DNA of 64,000 nt. Source: Sphaerodactylus townsendi (Eukaryota). The notes under the pieces were generated by a model. That model searched no databases and was not told the DNA's origin. It worked only from the letters and a program-made list of their open reading frames with translations. Below, piece after piece: positions 36,501-48,900 of this stretch. Positions within the stretch are counted from its first letter, which is position 1. The number at the start of each line of letters is the position of its first letter. Made by a program: the position numbers and the translations under genes. The stretch spans positions 82,460,001 through 82,524,000 of the forward strand of contig NC_059427.1 of NCBI RefSeq assembly GCF_021028975.2, given 5' to 3'.

Positions 36501-37067
36501 ATTTTGTGTGTGCCTTAAATCTTTGTTGCATATAGCACCATCAGGTTGCCATAAGGTAGCTCTGTGAAATGTGTTATATCGTACATCACTTTAGTGTCTC
36601 TATTATTTCCAAAATAACTTGTTTTAACTGATGGACATAGACCTCCCCCACAACCTCCATTTAAACAATTCAGTGACACACACTAAAGGCTTGCAGTTGG
36701 AGGTTAGAATTATATGTTTTTACAAATCCTTTCTGTAGACTTACTCTGACCCAATTCTAATTTTATTTCTTTATCCAACTGTTGCTATTAAGCAAACAAA
36801 TTTAATACCACCACCATCTGCACCCATGCAAGCCCAGCAGTTAAATGCAATTACATTTTCAGGCTCTATAATGGCTACAAGAAGTCAATAAGATTTTAGA
36901 CTTAAGCCATGTAAATGGCCTGCCAGGGCATCACAAAGCACTCTGTGTCTTACTCTCTACAGTTCAGGCAACTTTTCCATTTAACTGGCCTAAGAGATTC
37001 TGCTTAGTTTACTGTGGCTACCATAGACAGTATTTTTTCTCCATAAAAGAGGCAACATGGTCCTTAC

Positions 37068-37125
37068 CTTGTTCCAACACTCCCAAAATGGTAACAGTGG
37101 CCAGCCAGGCTATCTGATGTAACAT
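37068..37125 (-). CDS. LTC4S: LTC4S exon 1: MLHQIAWLATVTILGVLEQ
   Basis: ATG at 37125, CAAG|gtaagg donor, 58 nt; exons of 58+100+71+82+106 = 417 nt join in frame to 138 aa. Confidence 0.93.
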
Positions 37126-40100
37126 ATTGATGCTTAGAAACTGAAGAACAAAAGTAAGGAAGCTACAAGGTTCAGTGGACTTTTGACACTGTAAAAAGTC
37201 CTAATATACATATCCAAAGCTGCTGTCACAGTTCATCAGACCACGCAAGCCTTCATTTCCTCTTCCAAAAGGTTGAGTGGTTAACTCTCTGTTTGCCAGA
37301 CAGTTGTGAATAGATCATAGCTATCAAAGTACTGCTAACCCCATTCTGTGAACTTCCTGCATCTATTGTTAAATTGTAGACACCCACAGATGTCTAAAAA
37401 TCTAGAGCTTTCCATCATATTCTTTTACAATAATAATATCAGACACTGGATTCCAGGATTTAATTTTGCTAATGAAGAAGAGGCTCCCTGATAGCAAAGG
37501 TAGCTGAAGAGCTGATCCGTTTGTTGCTTTTAATGTACCTGTGTCCACGCAAGAATATATTTGTTTTCCAAAAACAAATCCAACACCATTAAACAGCATA
37601 GGGAAGTGATGTTTGGTTATGGAACAGGTGTTTTCCCTATGCATTGAAAAAAGGCTTAATATAGGGAGAAGGAAGAGTGGAAATTGCTGTAAAGCAGAAA
37701 CTTCCAGAGCTGTCATTCACCTCTTTTTCTTTCAGCTGTTATAATCAAACCTCATGAAATATTTGCACATCCTTCTGAACCAAACCTATCTCCACAAAAC
37801 CTTTAAAAAAATTCTAGGGGAAGTGTTTTACCATTGCTACAAGCAGCTATTTCATACTACACCACTATGAATAAAATGTATCCCCTGTTCCAATATAATT
37901 CTGCTCTGTAATTTCTGCAGTTTTACGTCATGTTAATACTTGTATTTTGTTTCAGCCGTTTCTGATTCCCACAATCCAAATCCTGCTGCTCTGTCTATTG
38001 GATGACCCAGCCTATTGATTGTATTGACTTGTGCTGTTTCTCCCTTGAGTTTCAATGAGAATGGTGGGCTATAAATGTAATTGGATAATTCAAGGTGATG
38101 TACTTGTACTTTAAAGCCCTAATGGTTTGCAGAGTCACTGAAGGATCAGCTCCGCTCATTTCAATCCAGCCAAGCCTGGAGATCAATGAATTAGGCCCTT
38201 ATGTGAGAGCCTGGCCTCAGCGTAAGACTGATGGGGGAATCATGGGCAGGCCTCGTTAGCTGCTACCCTCCATGTTATGGAACATCTCCAGATCAGAGGT
38301 TGGCACAGTCATTACAAAACCTCAGGAGCTGAAGACTTCTTTGTTCTCCAAAGCCTTTGGGCTAACTGCATGGTACCTTCTCCCACTGAAAAAATTAGGA
38401 TGATATTTTAAGTATTTTTTTTCAAACTGTTCTATGCATTTATGATCATAATGAACCACTTGAAGGCATTCTAAATGGAGATGAAAGGCAGCACCACTAA
38501 AGGAAAAAAGGCAACCAGGCTTCACGTGGTTGGTTGGCTGGGTTACAAAGATGCTAAAATGTGGTAAACTGGGAAAAGGAAGGTTCCCGTCCTCCCGATA
38601 GGTTTTTTTAAAATATAAATTTAGAAAAACTGGAAAATTTTGGAGAACTGAACAAAACCCCTATGAAATATTCTAACTGGGAATAAGTGAAATATTTTTA
38701 AACACAAGGTTTTACTTATTCAGAACAGCAGCATGAAGATATTTATGTATGGCTACCTACAACAATAAATAATAGTAGCACCTGTGTACACTGTACAAAT
38801 ACCAGGTATATTTCCACAGCGTCTGTAGAAAATGAGGCACTTTCAGCTTTAAATTCCATAAATATGCCATACACTATAATTCTGTATGCTGAATTATAAA
38901 CGTTAGAATAATAAAATAAGAAGCATTGCACTTATTCTACCCACCCACCCCAAATTAAATAAAACCTATGGGAAAAAATTCAAGGCATCAACTTTTCAAG
39001 AGGTTTTATATTTCTATAGTTGCCTCCAGCAATCTGTCAGATGTGAAACTTGACCATATTCCTTCTTCCCACCAATCCATCTGGATTCTGGTAATGTTGA
39101 TTCCTGGGACTGGAAGGAATTGATGGGGGGAAGGGAATGCAGCACGCATCTGTGCTCCTTAAGGCTGAAAGATCATTGGACCCAACCCAACACACTGAAC
39201 TCCTTGACAAGAAACGATCAAGTTAACAAAGCATTCTAAAGCCCAGGAAGTACTGATCGTAGATCAAGGCAAGGATGCAACTAGATTGGGTCTTGTAGTT
39301 TTTCAAGAATTTAACAAGGAAGGGAAGTGTGGGGTACCACAGTTTGAGAATAGAGTAAAAGGGCCTGAGGCAGAAAGGACTGGTGTGAGGAGAAGGGACA
39401 GGGGTAGTTGACAGGGTGCAATCTCTATGGGGGTGTGGAAAAATTTGAAAATCTCAGAAACTATGGAATGTGGGAGAGTGCAAAAACATGGTAAACAACA
39501 ATTCTTATTTGCATTCTTGAAAGTTTTCTGAATAACACTTTATGCGTGAGGAATGTGAGAAAATACTCAAGGTTAACAAATATAACCCTTCCCCCACTCC
39601 CCAGGATGGGTTGTTAGTACGTAATCGTTGCATAAAAAACAATAATGTTTAAATCAAATTGGCTTCTCCTAGACACATTTATTCAGGTTTATCCTACATC
39701 TTAATAGGACTTTTCTTCCAAATTAGCACAAAAGAACTGCAGTCACAGTTGTGTGGAATGAGCAGCAAAGGTTGAAAATAGATTGTCTTCCATTCTCAAT
39801 CCTGATTAATCTTGAATCATGCCAGATTCCCAATAATGTAAGAAGGCGTTTTCCACAGTGATTTCTGAAATAATTTGAACTTTTTCTTTACTACCCTTCA
39901 AATACATAATGCCATACAGATGTATGTACAGATATTTTGCTAGGCTAGAGTGCAGCAAGGCCCTGCAACATCCTACAGCCTCTCAGCCAACTCCACAGCC
40001 ATGAGTTCCAGGGAAGCCTGCACTGGAAAATGTGGTGAGTCAAGGCCTGTCTGTGGCAGAGATAGCTTTCCCTGTTTGTTGGGAAATGCATCCTGGGAAT

Positions 40101-40189
40101 CTGAACCAAAACAAACAAGTTTTCGTCCATTTGACATCATAGCATGTAAAGATTCAGTCTAGAACAGCAGGATTTTTGATACCCCAAAC

Positions 40190-40337
40190 CAGGGGTAGGG
40201 AACCTGCGGCTCTCCAGATGTTCAGGAACTACAATTCCCATCAGCCTCTGTCAGCATGGCCAATTGGCCATGCTGGTAGGGGCTGATGGGAATTGTAGTT
40301 CCTGAACATCTGGAGAGCCGCAGGTTCCCTACCCCTG
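40190..40337. mobile_element. Palindromic hAT MITE, near-perfect copy
   Basis: CAGGGGTAGGGAACCTGCGGCTCTCCAGATGTTCAGGAACTACAATTCCCATCAGCC and its reverse complement; TSD CCCCAAAC. Confidence 0.92.
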
Positions 40338-41656
40338 CCCCAAACCAACATATTTCTGCATTATGACATTTTATCGGTGCTAAAGCTGCAGCCACAATGT
40401 CACGTAACAGCGAAGGTCTATATTTAGTTACCCTGAAGATAAAAATCTGAAAAAGCTTATTGTACTGATGCAAAACAAGATTCTAGAGCCTGGAACAAGC
40501 AACAACAGATAAATTATGCTTATTGTGCAGTACAGCTGCCTGCTATCACTCTGTGGTCTCTTTATTCATCATATAAGAATCAATGGCAAACAGATGTCAT
40601 TTCCTTGGGAGGCAGCAGTGAAAAATGGCATATGAAAATAACTACAACCAACTGCCCACACATTTGTCTAGAGAGCTGATAACCCTAGCTCACTTAATTT
40701 GAAAATAAAGACATAAACAGGACATTTTTCAAATGCTTTGTTAAAACATTTTAAATATTAATCCAAAAATATAAAGCGGGAGTAACTCACATATCTATCA
40801 TACTACTCCAGTGTTTGCTTCTGTGTAGTAATTGTGTAAAATGGCCCATAAAGGTTGATTACACAGTCTTTGCTGCTTAGCGGAGGCCAGTGTTTGCCTT
40901 AGCAAGATTTCTTGTACGGGCGTATTTTCTGGAGCCCCACTTTCATTTTCCATTCTTGTCATGGCAAAATAAACCACTTATAGCATGATTTAAATCTTGC
41001 TTCACTGCCAGAGCAGGACAGATTTGTCAGTGGGAACAGCTTTGCCCCAAATGTGTCTCCTCTGCCCATGTCCAGCCTTCCCACTCACAATCCTTTGCAC
41101 ACCTTCCTTCTCAAACTCCCCACCCCACCCCCATTTCATGCTGTTGGCTCCTTCCTGCTTCCCTAAGTGCACTGATCAAGAGATTGACAGATCGATTTCT
41201 CATATGTATAGTGGGGAGATGAACCGCCCACCTCTGTCTAAGATCTGGGGTCAGCCTCTCTCCACAGCCTTAGCACAGCAGTCCTCAGTTGCCAGGTGCC
41301 CTGGAGCCTTACTCTGGGGCCCCTCTCCATGCTGCTGGTTCCTCCTGAAATGCACATATTGAGAGATCAATCTTTCAATACAAAGTATCAACAAAGAGGG
41401 TTTTTGCAAGGAACAGTACAAGCATCTTTTTGGCTCTACCCTATCTCCCCAGCTCTGCTTCTGCCCTCCCTGATGGCTGAGAGGGCTGTTAAAACTTTAT
41501 TTCAGTCAAGACACTGTTTTAAAACAAATTTCTCTCTTTTCTTGAGATGGTGACAGAGTGTGCGTGTGCGAAAGGGGAAAGGAGTGGGGAAGAGAATATC
41601 AGCTCTGCGCCTTTAAGGCTGTTGATGGGTGGAGTTATGAGAACCGGGAGAACGGT

Positions 41657-42078
41657 CCATTGAATACTTACTGTGAAAGGCCTTTCTCATGGTAGGCAAG
41701 GAGGACATCTTGAGTGGGTATTCCTTTACCCATTCGCAAGGAGGCAGGAAAGTCTTTTACATCACTTCCTTTGGGAGCCCTGGGGACCATCTTTCCCCAG
41801 TAAATCACTGTCTTAGCAGTAACCATAACAACATGAATATAAAGATAACAGGAAGCAATGTAGAATAAGCATAACCCGTTGTAACATAACAGAATAGAGA
41901 TTTAAAGATAACATCAGTTTAGGCTCCTATGTTTGAACTAGCATGTCTAATACTAAATGACCATGATGACTGAGTCATTACAAAAAAATCTTGTCCGGAA
42001 CTAATAGAGAACCAGGGAGGGCCAAGATGTCCTCCTTGCCTACCATGAGAAAAGGCCTTCACAGTAAGTATTCAATGG
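41657..42078. repeat. DIRS 3' terminal inverted repeat pair (56 bp arms)
   Basis: 41657-41712 is the reverse complement of 42023-42078 apart from a 1-nt slip (AAAGGCCTTT vs AAGGCCTTTT). Confidence 0.92.
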
Positions 42079-42215
42079 CCTGTTCTTATGGAGGCAGAGG
42101 ACATCTTGAGTGGAACTCTCCGAGCAGTGTCCCCAAAATGGATAGGCGCTCATTAGTCCCCAATAATATTTTCTAGGACCCTTCTGCTGTACACAGTGTC
42201 CACAGAAGTCAAGGA

Positions 42216-43150
42216 TTACAGTTTGTAGTGCCATATAAATGAAGAAATTGAGGACCATGTTGCTGCCTTGCAAATTTCTTTGACTGACACTTGATTCCTG
42301 AAAGAGGTGTTGGTTGCGGTGCTCCAGATTGAGTGTGCCATAATGCCTGGTGGAATCGGTAAAGATGCTGCTTTGTAAGCCTCGATTATGCACGCTTTAA
42401 ATGTAGTACTTATAGTGGATGTTGACATCTGGTTGCTGAAGTTGGGATGAGATATATTGATGAAGAGGCTCTCTGATTTGCGTAGGTCCTCGGTCCTAAT
42501 TATGAATGCTTTTAGCGATCTGTGGACATCAAGATTATGCCACAGCTGTTCCTTCAGATGTTTCGGGTCTGGGCAGAAATTTGGCATGACTATTTCTTGA
42601 CTCAGATGGAATTTGGAGCATATCTTAGGTATAGAAGTAGGGTCAGTCCTGAGAACTTGTCCTTATGAAAGATGCAAAGTTTAGAATTGATTGAGAGAGC
42701 CCTTAATTCCAAAACTCTTCTGGCTGATGTGACAGCCAACAGAAATAAGAGTCTTCATCCAAAGCCATCTTAATGGAATTGTTTGAACTGGTTCGAAAGA
42801 ATTCTTGGTCAGTGCTTCTAGCACTGTGTGCAGACGCCACGATGAGAACCCATGAGGTACTGGGGGTTGAGATAATCGTACCCCTCTGAGAAAGACCCGT
42901 ATGTCCGGATGCTGAGATATAGGTCTGCCCTTGATGGAAGGGCACACTGTAGATAAGCCTACCACCTGATGCTTGTGAGTAGAACTACATAATACTAAAT
43001 CAAACCCTTGCTATAGAAAAGTAAGGACATTCGCTAAGGATGGATATTCTGGATCTATCTGATGTTGTCTACTCCATCTGGCAAATGTTTTCCATGAGGA
43101 ATTGTAGATATTTATAGCGGACTTCTTTCTGGATGCCAAGATGGTAGATG
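42216..43150 (-). pseudogene. DIRS tyrosine recombinase, frameshifted
   Basis: FLRG...W.L..VL..L...FEP; AVTSARRV after a frameshift; LDV.R.L; AHSIW...AATWSS..SF..HY. Confidence 0.88.
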
Positions 43151-43610
43151 ATACTTTGAGTGGTCTTTAGTTCTCAGTTTTCTCCGCTTAAGATCCAGGC
43201 GGTCAGCGTGAGCCAGGAGATCCATTTCCACTGGAAGTTGTACTGGAGTTGATAGCGCCATCTCCTGAATGGTGGAGTACCAGGGGCGTCTCGGCCATTT
43301 TGTGGGCACTAAGATGATAGTGGCCCGTTCTGTCGCCACTTTCCTCAGTAACCGTGGGATGATGGGAAACAGTGGAAAGGCTCCTCCAGCTCCCCAAGAG
43401 TCTCGGAGTGCCTTTCCACCGAGGCAGAGGTCACTGAATTCTCCAGTCTTCGCCACAACAGGGAGGGGTAATGCCATGAAGTTTTGTCTGGGGAACCACC
43501 TGAATTCGAGGACGTACTCTGTGCTGACCACTTCCTGTGTCTACCTGTTGACATGTTCGCCTTCCAAGCTGTGCTGAAGTGGAGAAGATGGCTGCCAACT
43601 GGGATGCTTG
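43112..43610 (-). pseudogene. DIRS pol remnant (N- and C-terminal ends only)
   Basis: IPVGSHLLHFSTAW...VSTEYVLEF joined to AFPLFPIIPRLLRKV...IILVPTKWPRRPWY; no YLDD-type RT motif between them. Confidence 0.85.
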
Positions 43611-43695
43611 GATAGTCATTGTTTGGGGGGCCTTTTGTTGTGAAGGCTTCCCCTGGAATTTGTTGAAGGGACGAAAGGAAGGTTTTCCTTGGTTG

Positions 43696-44502
43696 TTACC
43701 TTGATTCTGCCATGATGGGGGCCATCTCTTGGTTGAATCTGGGAGGTATTTGTGGGCAATCTTGATGCACGAATTTTGGCATTGCCTTCTTCTTGTCTCT
43801 GGTTTCCACCAGCACTTGTTCCAGTTCTTTTCCAAAGAGAGATGAACTGTCATAGGAGTAACCGGACACCACTGATTTTGAGTGTGTGTCGGCTTGCCAG
43901 GTGCGCAGCCACACGTTGTGACATGCAACTAGGTTGAATGCCATAGACCGCTCCACCAGGGTTAGGGTGTCGAAAGAAGCTTCTGCAATGAAATAATTGG
44001 CTACAAGGACTCTTTCAACCCCTTCTCTAAGCCCTTGCTCCTCTGGAGGAATCATTTCTAGGATTCGCTTAAGCCAGACCATGGAGGCTCTGGCCACTGT
44101 AGAGGAGGGTACAAGGGTTTTAATTGCAAAAGCCAGAGACTCACAGGACCTGCGAAGGACAGTATCAGAACGCCTGTCTTTGATGTTACCCTCACCATCC
44201 TTTGTTACCAGGCCTCCTGAGTGGACGATGATTACCGGGAAGTCTACTGGCAGTGTTTGGAGAAGAGTGTGGAAGTGTTGAGGGACCACGTAAATTTTCT
44301 TAAACGAAGGTGGAAGGCTTTTGTTGATGGATGGATTAAGCCATTCCCTTCTGATGTGTTTGTTGAAGCAATCTGGCATGAGGAAGAATGCTGCTTTCTC
44401 CTCTTCCTGAGGAAAGTAGTCTGCACTTCCCTTTGGAAAGCCCTTAAGGGGTTTGTTAGATTTTCTTGAGGAAGAGAAAGGTTCCTCTGCGTCCTCAATC
44501 AT
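43696..44502 (-). pseudogene. DIRS ORF1/gag, LAP2alpha-like domain, 268 codons open
   Basis: EW.NP...Y....P.VD.PV...KD..DRRSDT.LR...AR...W...A.AS.D...RSMA...WLR.W.AD...LFG.EL pattern of vertebrate DIRS ORF1. Confidence 0.85.
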
Positions 44503-45949
44503 GGAGGTCTAGAGCAGATATGGTTTTAGCAATGAGAGCATTGCTAAATCCTCCTGTCTAAAGAATCTGAGGTTTCTTTCTGCAGGGTCCTGGGTTTGAT
44601 CCTCAGATTCAGAGAATCTATCACCATCTGGTCTGTCCCCTGCATCACTGTGAGTCTCCTCCTCCTCATCCCCAGGGAAGTGGAGGGAATCCTGATTTGG
44701 GTCCGTGCTAGTCCACCTATGGGAACTATGAGGGTTTCTAAGTCTGGTGGGTTCCTGGCTTTCTCTAGACTGATGGTAGTTTGCTATTTCCTCCCTCATA
44801 GCCCTTCTGAAACATTCAGTAATGTCAGGAGGGGAGGGGAGCCAGGATTCTTGATTGGGCACGGGCAACCTGGGGGAAGCCGCGGCACCTGCAGACTTGC
44901 CATGCCCCCCCCCCCTTTGTCCAGATCTTGCCTGTTCTTGCAAAGACTGGAGAATTCAGCGACCTCTGCCTCAGTGGAAAGGCACTCTGAGACTCTTGGG
45001 GAGCTGGAGACTTCTGTGGAGCCGCCGCGCCCTTGGGAGGCGCTTGGCTCCGTTCTTCCAGACATCTTTTCTTGTTTTTGGGAGGCGCTCCTCCCCTGCT
45101 TCTTGTTGCTGTGGCGAGAGCTAGTCACGGCCGTTCATCCAGCTCGGGGGATGGCTGGGAGCCATACGAGCAGAAACAGGTGTCTGGGGGGGGGGGGGGA
45201 GCAGTAGCATCCCGAGTCCCCTCTGTGGAGGAACAGGCAAAAACTTCCCTAGTTGGGGAGAATGACCTGGCTGCCATCTTGATAAGCCTTAGGCTAAAGG
45301 TGGGAAAGTGAAAGCTCTTTCCCTTAGCTCCAGAGAGTTGTGCTGGAGCTGGCTGTTGGCTCCTATTACCATGAGATGAAGCAGAGGGACAGAGGAATAA
45401 GAAGGAATAGGAGGACAAACAAAGAAGCAGAAAGGTAGACAGGAAAGTCATGTTATATGTGCTTTTAGTAAAAATAAGGCATAATAAGGAATACATTATT
45501 TAAAGACCATACTACTTCAATACAGACTTCAAAAAAACTTCATTTCTTTCAGTTACTTTGACTCCTGCAGTAATTAGAACTTCTAAAATTGTACTGTGAG
45601 TATTGAGAATGCTAATAGTTTATAATGGCCATATATGTTTCAGAATTAAACTATAATATCAACAAAAACTAATGTTAAAGCCTTTCCTGCAACATTATGT
45701 TAAATATAAAGCATTAACTAAAGTCTTTTATACCAATTGTGAAAGCAAAAGGCAGCTTCAAATAAATCCTCTGCTCTTGATCTCCAAGAATAGATCAGGT
45801 CTTCCCCTAGCCACTGAGGTCAGGATGAGAACGCAACATAGAAAAGTTACACTTATTTTCTCACTTGAAAGAAGGAAAAGAATCTAAAGTATTAGCCCTG
45901 CAGCAAAAATAATTCACAACTCTGCTCAGCTCAGAAATCCACAACCACT

Positions 45950-48900
45950 TGTTTCATACACTAGCAAAATATTTATTTTTTATAATGACAAAACAGAAGT
46001 GTGAAAGATTTCTTTTTGGTGTGCCACAATAATTGTAGTTAAAGGAAAGGGAGATTAATGGGCTCTTTATACAATTCAAAGACAAGAAGGTTAGCATCAA
46101 ATTGGAACTGTTCACCATTTAAACAAAAGAAAAACAGTAATCACCCCCCAACACATATATATATAAAGAATTATAGTTTAAAAATCTATAAAAAAGTAAA
46201 AAATATACACTCAGAAGTTCTAACTCTTATTCAATCTTTAATATAAAAATTGTAAACATTTATTTACACAATGTGTAGAATAGAAAACCAAGCACCCTTT
46301 TCAATTGAGTAGTGGGTTTCTGGAAGGCAGTGGATGTTGAACAATGACATTCTCACCCCCTTTCACCTGTCCATAACCACAGTCTATAAATAAAGCCGAG
46401 GCAGTTGGCTAGGTAAAGCTCAGAGGAGCCACATCTTATTGCTCTGAAGCTGCAGCAAATGGAGACCCAAGTGCATATATGCTTCTATGGACTGCTACAA
46501 GTGACTGAAGGGCAGAGCTCAGACCTTTTGCATTGAGCCTCCAAACTTAATGATCACTGAACAGCACCTGAATATTGTTCTGCCAAAGCTACCTTTAAAA
46601 AATTTGGACAATTTTGCTTGGGACAGACACCACATTGCCATTGTGTGTGTGCTATAATTTAACACTTTGTAAATCCCTGGTTAGATGGATTTAATACATG
46701 CCACTGCAAGAATATTCTAGGCTAGTTTGCTTAAAATTACGTTTGAACAGAATTTAAATAGCATGCGATAACAGCTGGCAAGCCCTATGTAACCAGAAAA
46801 AAAGATGGGGGAAGAGATAAATCCCATCAATATTTTACTTCCACTTTTGCAGGAACATTACATTTGCTACAAAAAAATCTGACCGTAGAATTAGAAACAC
46901 ATAAGGGGTGGCATTTTAAAAATCTTAAATTCCAGTTGACAAACCCAACTACTAACCTAAAGCATTTAAATTTAATCAAAACTGTCATTTTTCAGTGTTC
47001 AGGAGAAGGAAATCAGCAGAACCCAGACAACAGTTAAGAAATATGAGGTCCCAAGCCCCTCCAACAAGAAAGGAAGGCACACTGGTGCAAAATTCACCAA
47101 ATATTTACAGAACAAGTATTATTACCTCCTCTGTCCCTGGCCCAAAAAGCAGCTACAGAGATCAACAGGAGATTTTTCCTGATGACATTTGTCTTAGACC
47201 ATCTCTTTGATTAAACAAAACTCACAAATTATTTTGCTCAACTGCTGACTTGCAGAAAAGATTAGTAAATTTAACTCTAACCTAATTTACTTACAATATC
47301 AGAGACATCAATGTTTTATTCATTAAATTAATCCCTAAAAAACAAAGTTTTAAAAATTATACAAGCAATGCAACTTGCTTAATTTTGGACATTCAGCAAG
47401 GGATCCATTCAACACGCAACTTTCACCATTTAGCTGCGTAAACTGTTCATCATGATACGATACAAAAATCTGTTTAGCACAGCATACGTAACTTGCTCAT
47501 GGGTGGCAAGCACACATAGCAAAAGCAGTATCCATATGTAATTTGGGAAAGGATTAAATAAAGAGTAGTGTTAAAGCAGATTTTTTTTTCCAAAGTGCAC
47601 ATTTCAGAAAAACACTGCAGATACAGTAAAACATTTCCTTCCTATTGTTCAACTGTTTTCCCTTAATTGTTCCCCTCCCTAAAATATACCCCTCACAAAT
47701 CTCCAAACTCTGTGGCAGTCTACTCCTGGATTTGCCCTTTTAGAAGGAAATTCTTTGATTCTCAATTAAAGGTATTATACAAATAATTAAGAATCCTGAC
47801 AATTGGAGGTAAAATGGAGAAGGGAACCGAGAGGTATTGTTGCATCTAAAACAACTTTTGAATTTATTACCTTTATAAATTACAGGTTAAGGCAAAAAGT
47901 GGCTTCGTTGGCAAGCAGAAGTATTTTTGGTAACATGTTGAAGATATCTCTCCCTTCCCTTGCCAAGCATGGAATGGACCCTAAACATCCATAAGAGGGT
48001 CTCCATGGACCATGATGAAATAGCAGCATCTGCTTCAATGGAGATTAGTCTATTTCTAAAGAGATAAAACTGCAGAACAAATATTTTCAAAGGGTGTGTG
48101 TGTCAGGAGAATTTTCACAATGGGACAGCCTTTAATAAAGTAACAAGCCTTCTTACCCCCACCCTCTATTCCCCATGCCATTATTGCAAAGTTTTTAATG
48201 TTACTTACAACTTTCAAGGCACATGGCTTCCTTCACACACTTCGCCAAAAATTACAGATCCTGTGCTTATTGGTACAGCATGTGTGTGGCAACAGGAAAA
48301 TTTAAATGCCCTCTGAATCAAAGAGGAAAAATCAATCCAACTCATTCATTTAAGCACAATGAATGCTGGAAAGAAGATAGGAAAAGTGCACACACTTGAT
48401 AAGTCAGACTCTTTAAAAAACCCTTCTAAACACCAGTCTTCCTCCACAGCAGAGTGCAAATAGCTTAGCTTTAAATTCATTAAGACTGGGGTCCCCAGTT
48501 TACATCCATACAAACCTTCTGCTGGCCATGTTAACACCTGACTGTCTCCAGCATATAAACTCTTGCTAGCTGTTATTTTGAACACTCTCATCTTGCTGGA
48601 TGAGAAATACACAGAAGATTGCCCTGACAAACTAGAGCGATCCCGCAAGGGAAGAAATGTTGAACACTCTCTTCAGAAACAGCAGGAAGGGTGCTAATTG
48701 CAATAACTAACAGCCAGGCTAGGATGAAGAAGCTGTTAATTACTAATTGCGGGAAAGGTTACTTTAACACTGAATATTTGGAGTCTCCTTACAGGGTTAC
48801 TCTCCGCACCACCACCGCACAGGTTTGTGTTCAAATGTCAATCACCATAAAAGTGAAAATTCTGAAGGCTGAATGCACACCAAACTGACCTGGACTTTTG

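Larger units (their letters stand above)
41648..45310 (-). mobile_element. DIRS1-like tyrosine-recombinase retrotransposon, internally deleted, 5' end not recognisable
   Basis: Order on -: ORF1/gag (~45300-43696), pol remnant (~43610-43112), YR (~43150-42216), then a 3' inverted-repeat/ICR structure (42115-41648). Confidence 0.9.

Noticed and set aside
44596-45311. 203-aa and 92-aa plus-strand ORFs
   Set aside because: Antisense shadows of the GC-rich DIRS ORF1.
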